Assembly (NCBI GenBank): GCA_044352465.1
Contig: JBILDU010000055.1
Location: forward strand, 1 to 19,595
Direction: 5' to 3'
Source of the DNA: Bdellovibrionota bacterium
Lineage (GTDB): Bacteria; Bdellovibrionota_C; UBA2361
DNA length: 19,595 nt
Below are positions 1 to 7,260 of this stretch, piece after piece (position 1 is the first letter of the stretch; every line of letters begins with the position of its first letter). The notes below the pieces were generated by a model that searched no databases, was not told the DNA's origin, and saw only the letters and a program-made list of their open reading frames with translations. The translations under genes were made by a program, and so were the position numbers.

Positions 1-322
1 GGAAGGTCGCGCAATTTTTTTCGGTTATCAGCGAAGGATGCTCGCCCGTATTGATAGCGTGCTGCTCTGCCGGGAGACCGAAGGCGTCCCACCCCATCGG
101 ATGAAGGACGGAATAGCCCCGCATCCTTTTGTAGCGAGAGAGGATATCGGTCGCGATGTAGCCCAAGGGGTGGCCCACATGCAATCCGGAGCCGGAGGGG
201 TACGGGAAGAAGTCGAGACAGTAAAACTTTTTGTCGCCCGGCGTTCCGGTCTTAAAAGTTTTATTGTCCGCCCAGTACTTCTGCCACTTCGGCTCAATCG
301 CCCCTGGATCGTAATCCGCCAC
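1..322 (-). CDS. leuS: Leucyl-tRNA synthetase, N-terminal part (runs off the window edge)
   Basis: Missing from the ORF track because it has no stop in the window. Manual translation from GTG at 322 gives [17 protein letters not shown]...[59 protein letters not shown], containing the class I HIGH-type HVGH motif and the Leu[11 protein letters not shown] signature. GGAGG lies at 327-331. An alternative in-frame ATG is at 337. Confidence 0.97.
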   Translation of the reverse strand, partial: MADYDPGAIEPKWQKYWADNKTFKTGTPGDKKFYCLDFFPYPSGSGLHVGHPLGYIATDILSRYKRMRGYSVLHPMGWDAFGLPAEQHAINTGEHPSLITEKNCATF

Positions 323-632
323 ACACCCTCCGTTCATTCGACACTCGTTTTAGCGCTCGCGCCCGGCGTCGATAAGTAGAATATATAGCTGATATGATTA
401 GCAAAGCCAATTGAAGAAGATAACTGGCGAACAGGCCGATGTGTGCGCATATCCAAGCGCCACCCCACCGCCGCCTGCCGCGCTTGGCGTGGCCCCTAAG
501 GACTTAAATATGCCCCGTCCGCTTGCAAAACTTACACCGTTCAGGTAGTTAAATTCACCATTCTCAACGGCGAGTTGAGACCGCGTAAGAACGCGAATTC
601 AGAATCGATAGCTGAATCATGCAGCAGTCGAT

Positions 633-712
<80 letters not shown>

Positions 713-960
713 AGTTGTCTTTTCCACTTCCCCCCGTCGTCTTTTCGGTCATCTTTCCGGGTTATTTTTTTCGGGGTTCTTTTTTTCCGCTGCTCCTACT
801 CGTCGTGCCCATTGGCGGCGTTTGCTCATCTCTCTTCTCTTCCGTTCCTTATCTCGTTCTCCCGATCTGTGCTTCTTTACTCTCCCCCTTCTTTACCTTC
901 CCCGCTCTCTTTCCCTACCCTGCTCTCCTTCACCCCGTCGCCCCTTGGCGTCAGCATCTC
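713..960. repeat. Low-complexity polypyrimidine (+) / polypurine (-) tract
   Basis: Only 12 purines in the 100 nt of 831-930 on the + strand (hand count). Six C-runs of 3 or more lie between 884 and 944. Confidence 0.85.
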
Positions 961-1264
961 CACTTTGCCGCGCTATCGGCGCTCCGCTATAGCTTTATGT
1001 GGCGCTGTCCCCAGAATCGTGAGGCCTCCTCCGCCCAGATTAGGCATGTCACTGATATGGTTACATCTTTAGGAGTCAAAAATTCATTTTAGAACGCCTT
1101 TAGTAAGACCAGATTTTAGCGTACTATCCCGCCTCGAGCGGAGTGCAGATGCTTATCGTAGAACCCGTCGGATCACGGTCCGACAACGATAAAGAGAACC
1201 TCTTTGGGGCGACCAAATATTCGCCCTCCTCTTCTGCGGCCTTTTTCTACACACGAGGCCGCTG

Positions 1265-2860
1265 ATGCTCCGTCAAACTCTGAAGCATCAACTGGCGAAG
1301 CCCGCCGAAGAGAGCGATCCATTTGCCGGTGTCGGATGTCGTCCCCGGGGAGCACTCAATAGCGAGCCCGGCGTCGCAAACACGGCCGAAACAGCCGCGA
1401 GCGCGAGCATCGATTCCCCTCTCCTCCCCGAAGCTGTACCCACCGATGAGCTCCTGAAACATTTGGGGGATACGATTCGCAATCGTGTCGTGCCGTGGGA
1501 GAAAAACCTCGCCAAACTCTTTGGTGTTCTGCGTGCTATCCGTGAGGGTGATGGGGCACTTGTATCCTCGACGGTCGAACCAGACGGGAGCTATCGGTAC
1601 ACCGATCCGATTCATGGCGAACGGTCGATTCCTCCGTGGTTTTTGAAGCTGATAGACACCGCACCGTTTATTCGCCTCGCTGGGGTGGGTCAGCAAACCG
1701 CCTCGATGACTGAGCGGGGACGAGGCGTCTCGTACAGCCGCTGCACCCACTCGATCGGCGCGGGACTGCTCGCCCTCGATATGGCTGAAAAACTCGGCTT
1801 CGACGGGCGCGAGACCCGCCTCCTGACCTCGCTGGCGCTCTATCACGACGCGCGCCATGCGCCGTTCTCGCACATCTTCGACCATGAAATTATCTTCGGG
1901 AAAGTATTCGATCACGATGCGCGCGCAATCGACTTCCTCCGCGCGCCTGACGTCGCGAATGCTTTTGATAACATTGAACTCTCCTCTGAGGAGATCGCGG
2001 CCTGTCTCAAAGATCCCCAGGCAACACCCTACGGATATCTGGCAAAGGTCATCCTTGACCGGGTTGATTACGTCCAACGTGACGCGATCTATTCCGGACT
2101 CTTCTCCGAAAAAGAGATCGCGACGATGCGGCGGACCGCTCAGGCACTACTCGATGCGGTGGTATTTGATCGGTCACACCACCGCATTGTCTTTCCCGCC
2201 CATGCTCAGGTGATACTTGAAGACTTCGTCGCGGCTCGATCCGAGACCTTTAGACGGACAGCGTTTGATCCCGCCACCCAAGTGTGTAACGCCTACCTAC
2301 GGCGTGCACTTGACCGGGTGAAACAAAAGTTCCCTTCGGAGGGCGTTGCCGGAGTATTTCTCGAAACATCAACATACATGATCGACGACGAGCTGCTCCG
2401 TTATTTCTCTGGGCCGGAGAACGAGGCGCTGCGTCGTGGCGCCTTCGAGAAAAATATCGCCTCGCTCGTCGTCATTCGCGCTGAAGATATGACCGAGAAG
2501 GGGATGGAGAAGCTGCGGGTAAAACACCTGCACGAGTTCCTCTTTTTTACGTGCGGCCCCCGGTTTTATTGCGACTTTGACCCCCTCGTCGTCAGGGTTC
2601 CACGCATTCCACCCTCGATGCGGTTTACCCTTCAAAAGAACAACGGGACACTCGAAGAGACCGAGATTAATCCGGCAATGTCCTCGCACAAAAATGCTCG
2701 GTACGGCTACCACGAAATTCGGATCTGCTGCGATGCGGGCGACGTTACCCAATTACGGGAGGCCCAACAACGCATCGTGAATTCGTTCCGAAAAGAGGGC
2801 TATATCACCGACACCGCCCAGATCGCCGTACCGTTCGACGACCTATCGGCGCGAGACTGA
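1265..2860 (+). CDS. HD-superfamily phosphohydrolase, SAMHD1/COG1078-like (putative dNTP triphosphohydrolase)
   Basis: Family motifs in order: DPIHG, LIDTAPFIRLAGVGQ, SRCTHSIG, YHDARHAPFSH, DHD, LDRVDYVQRD. About 110 aa of N-terminal extension; true start uncertain. The 3' end overlaps the convergent MurC-like gene by 18 nt. Confidence 0.85.
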   Translation: MLRQTLKHQLAKPAEESDPFAGVGCRPRGALNSEPGVANTAETAASASIDSPLLPEAVPTDELLKHLGDTIRNRVVPWEKNLAKLFGVLRAIREGDGALVSSTVEPDGSYRYTDPIHGERSIPPWFLKLIDTAPFIRLAGVGQQTASMTERGRGVSYSRCTHSIGAGLLALDMAEKLGFDGRETRLLTSLALYHDARHAPFSHIFDHEIIFGKVFDHDARAIDFLRAPDVANAFDNIELSSEEIAACLKDPQATPYGYLAKVILDRVDYVQRDAIYSGLFSEKEIATMRRTAQALLDAVVFDRSHHRIVFPAHAQVILEDFVAARSETFRRTAFDPATQVCNAYLRRALDRVKQKFPSEGVAGVFLETSTYMIDDELLRYFSGPENEALRRGAFEKNIASLVVIRAEDMTEKGMEKLRVKHLHEFLFFTCGPRFYCDFDPLVVRVPRIPPSMRFTLQKNNGTLEETEINPAMSSHKNARYGYHEIRICCDAGDVTQLREAQQRIVNSFRKEGYITDTAQIAVPFDDLSARD

Positions 2861-4195
2861 ACAGCCCGCGAGCCCGCGGGCGAATTCCGGGAGCGTCTCA
2901 TCCCGCGACCCCATACTGACCACCACGTCTCCCGCAGAGAGTAACCCCGATAAAAACGGGGGAACTTCGGCGCGATCACTCACAGAGCGAGCATTACCGC
3001 CACGCTGACACACGCCCGCGACGATGTCGTTGCCGGAGATATCGGTCGGAAGAGAGACCGTGCTTCCATCGATGACATTCGCAGTGCCACCGACATAATA
3101 TATCGGGGTAACAACGAGCAGATCCTGCTGCCGCAGTAGGCGGGCGAAAGTCTCGATATAGCCCGACAACATCATTTTCGTCGGCTGGAAACCGTGGGGC
3201 TGAAATACCACGATAAGCCGCTGCCCCTCCGCTTGAAGCGTCTTCAGAGTTGCCGCGATCTTGCCAGGATTGGAGGCGAAATCATCGAAGTACTTGATAC
3301 CGTCCACATGCGCAACGAGCTCCAACCGACGGCGTATGCCCCGGAAAGCTCGCACCGACTCCGCCGCTCGCTCCATATCAAGACCGAGCAGGCGCACAAC
3401 GGCCAAAGCGGCGAGGGCGTTCGCCACATTATGCTCACCCCGTACCGAAAGCGGTCCACCGAGCACGGCTGGTGTTATATCAGCGTCAGGGGAGAATCCA
3501 AATGTGACGACATTCTTTACACCGCGGCGAAGCCGCATCGAAATCGGGCAGTCGGCATTCAAAACGACTCCATGCTTCGCCCGATGAACAAATGTTCCGA
3601 ATATGGTCTCAAGCTCGGCAAGCTCGAAATGATCGTGAGAGATATTCGTCAGCACTCCGATCTCAGCGGGACACGTCGCCACAACATCGTTAAGCCCATC
3701 GCTCTCATCGGCTTCGAAGACCGCTCGATCTCCACCCCGACGGAAACTCGAATCAAAATCGATCATCTCGGCCCCGTTCATCACGGTGGGTTGAAGACCT
3801 AGTCGATCGAGCACAAACCCGATCATGCCGGTGGTCGTAGACTTACCGCTCGTACCAGCCACTGCTATGTTGCGAGTCGTCGCGAAGATATCCGCCATCA
3901 GGGCCGGACGTTTGATGAGCGGAATTCCCAACTCGCGAGCGCGGCGGATATCAGGAATAGACTCCTCGACCGCACGGGTAACAATAAATGCTCCAATATC
4001 TTGAGAAACAAACGAACCGTCCTGGGGCACGAGGCGTATACCCTCCCGACGAAGCTGCTCAAAAAAATGCCGGTTACGACCTCGATCATTCGAGCGATCA
4101 GAACCGATGACAGTCTCTCCGTGTGCCGCCAGAAGGCGTGCCAACGGGCTCATGCCGGCACCACCAACTCCACAGAAATAATACGTCTTTCCCAT
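2843..4195 (-). CDS. MurC/Mpl-like Mur-family amino-acid ligase (stand-alone paralogue)
   Basis: N-terminal GVGGAGMSPLA and GSD, P-loop GTSGKSTTT, EADESD, TNISHDH, GEHNVANA, GIRRRLE, DDFASNP (canonical DDYAHHP) and VFQPHGF. Confidence 0.88.
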   Translation of the reverse strand: MGKTYYFCGVGGAGMSPLARLLAAHGETVIGSDRSNDRGRNRHFFEQLRREGIRLVPQDGSFVSQDIGAFIVTRAVEESIPDIRRARELGIPLIKRPALMADIFATTRNIAVAGTSGKSTTTGMIGFVLDRLGLQPTVMNGAEMIDFDSSFRRGGDRAVFEADESDGLNDVVATCPAEIGVLTNISHDHFELAELETIFGTFVHRAKHGVVLNADCPISMRLRRGVKNVVTFGFSPDADITPAVLGGPLSVRGEHNVANALAALAVVRLLGLDMERAAESVRAFRGIRRRLELVAHVDGIKYFDDFASNPGKIAATLKTLQAEGQRLIVVFQPHGFQPTKMMLSGYIETFARLLRQQDLLVVTPIYYVGGTANVIDGSTVSLPTDISGNDIVAGVCQRGGNARSVSDRAEVPPFLSGLLSAGDVVVSMGSRDETLPEFARGLAGCSVSRR

Positions 4196-4201
4196 GAGGG
4201 T

Positions 4202-4231
4202 ATGATACGGCTCGCGTGGCGAGTGTGTAAA
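4202..4231 (-). promoter_or_regulatory. Putative sigma70-type promoter for the MurC-like gene (leaderless arrangement)
   Basis: Minus strand reads TTTACA (4231-4226), 18-nt spacer, TATCAT (4207-4202), then 6 nt to the ATG at 4195. No Shine-Dalgarno sequence in between. Confidence 0.5.
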
Positions 4232-4294
4232 GCCACACCGCGCCGTTCCATCAGGAAAACGAATTATCCCTCTTCGGGACAGTGATACATCGGC

Positions 4295-5500
4295 CTACGT
4301 CACCGGGCTCATCACCGGTACCCCGCCGCGGACCGCCACCTTCCCGGCACCGCGATTATCGAGATAATGGGCCGACACTCGGGCGATCCGCTCGATCGAA
4401 CCCTCATCGAGGAGATGATGGACGGGCAACTCCAAAATATGGCGGCGCCACGGTGCGACCTCTTGGGTGAGCTCTTTCGGGCAGGCTGAATGCGAGTGGC
4501 TCCAAAGATTCACACTGCCGATACCTTGGGATGCAAGATCCTGTTGAGCAACGGCCTTATCTGCGACCACGATCGGATAAAAAAGAGGATTCGCCCCCTC
4601 AGGAAGAATATCGAAAGGCAACGGGGAGTAACGCCGCAGATATCGATGGAGGAGGTTAAAATTGCCCCGCCGACGCGCGACGATCGCCTGTGGCGACGCG
4701 AGGCCCATGAGCCGCTGCACGAGCGGCGAAGCTCCATACTCCATCATTCGCTTATCCCAAACGACCCCACCTGACTCGATCGTCGCACCCCGCTGCCAAC
4801 CAAAGGGACGTCGGAGCGCGCTCAGCATTCGGCGCGTGCGCGGGAACGGGACGCGGGCGCTGACTGCCTTGAGGTACTCACCGATCAGATCGAGAGTTTG
4901 ATTCATTGTTGCCACGAATGGCGGCGGGGGCAGGGAGCGCAGCGTCGCTTCTTGCCGGAGGGTAACGTAACCGCCGTGCGGCAGGGGAACGCTCTTGTAT
5001 ACCGAGAAGAACGCCAGGTCTGCCTGCTCCCCGAGTGGCAACTGCCCATCACGGCTATAGAGAGCCAGGGCACAGTCCTCAATGAGCTTGAGACGATGCT
5101 CCGCGCAGAAGCGGGTGAGCGCAGTGAGGGGCTGTGGTAATCCGAAATAGTGGATCACGTAGAGCGCTTCGGTTTTTGGAGTGAGCTTTGACTTCGCATC
5201 GTCGAGATCGATCTCAAACGTTTCTTTCACCCGATAAAATTTGAGGCGATATCCGGATCGGAGAAGGGTATCGATCTCAGTTCCTTGAAAATAAGCGGGG
5301 ACCAGGATCGTCGCACCAGGAGTCAATCCGAGATGCCGCAGCCCCTCCGCGAGGGCGACTCGACCACTAAACGCCCACGCACCGGTAGGCGCGGAGAAAG
5401 GGAACGTCTCCCGCCAACTTTTGTCGGCGCCCCCAAGGAGCGCCGTGGGCGGTAGACTGAGCAGCGCAGAGAGATAGCGTGGTTGAGAAAGTGGCATCAT
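4295..5500 (-). CDS. DegT/DnrJ/EryC1/StrS-family PLP-dependent aminotransferase
   Basis: SGRVAL, ILVPAY, VIHYFG, LIEDCALA, FSVYKSVPLPHGG (PLP lysine), RRGNF, GIGSVNLW and LELPVH. Confidence 0.9.
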   Translation of the reverse strand: MMPLSQPRYLSALLSLPPTALLGGADKSWRETFPFSAPTGAWAFSGRVALAEGLRHLGLTPGATILVPAYFQGTEIDTLLRSGYRLKFYRVKETFEIDLDDAKSKLTPKTEALYVIHYFGLPQPLTALTRFCAEHRLKLIEDCALALYSRDGQLPLGEQADLAFFSVYKSVPLPHGGYVTLRQEATLRSLPPPPFVATMNQTLDLIGEYLKAVSARVPFPRTRRMLSALRRPFGWQRGATIESGGVVWDKRMMEYGASPLVQRLMGLASPQAIVARRRGNFNLLHRYLRRYSPLPFDILPEGANPLFYPIVVADKAVAQQDLASQGIGSVNLWSHSHSACPKELTQEVAPWRRHILELPVHHLLDEGSIERIARVSAHYLDNRGAGKVAVRGGVPVMSPVT

Positions 5501-5531
5501 CGGTTCCTTCTATTGATAACGGGGATCCCTC

Positions 5532-6680
5532 TCAGGGTATAGCTTCGACACTCCCCGCGGACTGCGGGACTCCAACACGGGGGGCCTTCAGCAGGCGAAT
5601 CCATCGACCAAATCCGAGGAGGGATTCTCCAAGGACACTCGGCGTGGCGATGTCGAGCGAGCAGATCGCTCGCGACTCTCGCCAAAAATAGCCATGAATC
5701 GAGTTCGGCGATGGTATCGTGCATGAGTCGATAAACGCGAGCTCCCCCTGCTTAAAGAATCGCTGCAAGATCTCGATCTCCAGCAGTCCTCCCGGTGAGT
5801 ATTCAGCATGCGCCTCGTCGTAAGCTATCTTCAGAGCAAAAGCGGCATTATTGGCGACGAGATCGAACCGCATGGCAACGGTCGCGTCCCCACTGAGAAG
5901 ACGATAGGCGCGTAATTTTCCCCGACCTCCACCGCGTCGAACCAACGACCTGAAATAAGCCATTTCGTTGTGATGAGACTTGATCGCGGTCTGGCCTCTG
6001 CCCTTCCAACCACGGGCTTCGAGCTCGATGAATTCAACCAGCCACTGTGCTAAGACCTCACAGTCCGTAGCCGTCTCAAACCGCACCGCTCCGTGCTCAC
6101 TGAGAAGCTCTCGCTTCCGATCAAATTGACGCCGCCGCTTCTTACGCAACGCGGCGTCTAAGTACTCCGCAGCGGAAACGGTAGGCGCCAGAAGGGGCCG
6201 CAGAATCCGCGACTCAAGATGGTGCCTGCGGCGTGCTTCAAGAAGAGCCTGACTTAATCCCCGATAGACCGGCCCATCAGCCGCCAATCCCGCGAGATGA
6301 ATGAGTGGTGTCTGCTGACCCGCCCACTCCAGGAAGCCACGCCACCCTTCTTGCTCGGCACCTCGCTTCAGAAGCGGCGTCGTGAGAAAACAGTGCACAT
6401 GCTGCCACAGACCCCGATAAACAACTGGAAGGTGGTGATAACCGAACGCTCTCTCGAGAGGGAATACACCGATAAGGTCGCTCTTCTGCTGATCCCGCCA
6501 GACAAAAAGAACTGAGGGAGCACCACGACCCGCCAGGTGTTCAAGAGCGGGCAGGAGTGCCCACGGCTCGTAAAATGGATTTGGCTCAGCGGCCTCGGCA
6601 GCCAAGGCTTGCCACGGCTCAATAAGAAGCTCCATCGAGCACGGCTTTTTCAATTCGACGCATTCCACGGGCAAGAACAT
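5532..6680 (-). CDS. GNAT-family acyltransferase, CelD/BcsL-like (Acetyltransf_6 type)
   Basis: WQALAAEAAEPNPFYEPW, LIGVFPL, TTPLL, a basic RKKRRR segment, FIELEARGWKG and KIAYDEAHAEYSPGGLL are typical of this family. Confidence 0.88.
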   Translation of the reverse strand: MFLPVECVELKKPCSMELLIEPWQALAAEAAEPNPFYEPWALLPALEHLAGRGAPSVLFVWRDQQKSDLIGVFPLERAFGYHHLPVVYRGLWQHVHCFLTTPLLKRGAEQEGWRGFLEWAGQQTPLIHLAGLAADGPVYRGLSQALLEARRRHHLESRILRPLLAPTVSAAEYLDAALRKKRRRQFDRKRELLSEHGAVRFETATDCEVLAQWLVEFIELEARGWKGRGQTAIKSHHNEMAYFRSLVRRGGGRGKLRAYRLLSGDATVAMRFDLVANNAAFALKIAYDEAHAEYSPGGLLEIEILQRFFKQGELAFIDSCTIPSPNSIHGYFWRESRAICSLDIATPSVLGESLLGFGRWIRLLKAPRVGVPQSAGSVEAIP

Positions 6681-6832
6681 CGTCGAGGTGCGCTCCGCAG
6701 TCTATGACTGAAATCAAAAGAATGTCGGAGAGACCTCCGTACGTTCCCCTTGGACGAATCCTCTGAATCAAGGTAGCCTTACCAACTGAGGTGTCTTTTT
6801 TATTCCTCAATGATCCTCGCATGAGAATCGCT

Positions 6833-7240
6833 ATGAAACTCCTTCCTTACGGTATCTTCGGAATCCTTGTTTTGAGCGGCTGCTCGTTTTATCCGAGCAA
6901 CAAGAGTGTGCGCACTCCCTTTTGCGCTGCAGCTGAGGGTGAGATTTATGAGGTAGCGGCCTATCGAGTAGACTCAACGAGCCCACAGTTGCACGCCGAG
7001 GCACGCGGCAGGTTACGCACCGCCCTGGGCAAATACCCCGGTTTCCGGTGCGCCCTCCCGTTAACCGGCATAGCGGATCCGACACGAGGAGTCGATCTTG
7101 TTGTCTGGCGTAGCGTCGATGATGCGGAGAAAGCTGCGCGCGAAGTCGCCGGAGACCCCGAGGTAGCACTCCTACGCGGCGCTGCCCGACTACCCGATCT
7201 CAGTGGCCTCTTCCAAGAGGTCACCGGAACGGCGCCTTGA
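6833..7240 (+). CDS. Putative lipoprotein with an ABM-like (dimeric alpha+beta barrel) domain
   Basis: MKLLPYGIFGILVLSGC is a signal peptide with lipobox LSGC, so I place the start at ATG 6833 rather than 6791. YEVAAYRV...KYPGFR...DLVVWRSVDDAEKAA resembles antibiotic-biosynthesis-monooxygenase-fold proteins. Confidence 0.65.
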   Translation: MKLLPYGIFGILVLSGCSFYPSNKSVRTPFCAAAEGEIYEVAAYRVDSTSPQLHAEARGRLRTALGKYPGFRCALPLTGIADPTRGVDLVVWRSVDDAEKAAREVAGDPEVALLRGAARLPDLSGLFQEVTGTAP

Positions 7241-7260
7241 TGGGTCGACCGGACACGCGC

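Noticed and set aside
28..379. Track ORFs 28..324 (-) and 38..379 (+)
   Set aside because: They are off-frame and antisense shadows of leuS, whose real frame runs off the window.
453..487. 8-bp inverted repeat CCAAGCGC/GCGCTTGG in the leuS-tRNA divergent region
   Set aside because: Single GC-rich repeat with a 19-nt loop, no U-tract and no recognisable motif.
2864..2881. Hairpin GCCCGCG-AGCC-CGCGGGC just after the HD gene stop
   Set aside because: It lies inside the MurC-like coding sequence and lacks a U-tract, so it is not called as a terminator.
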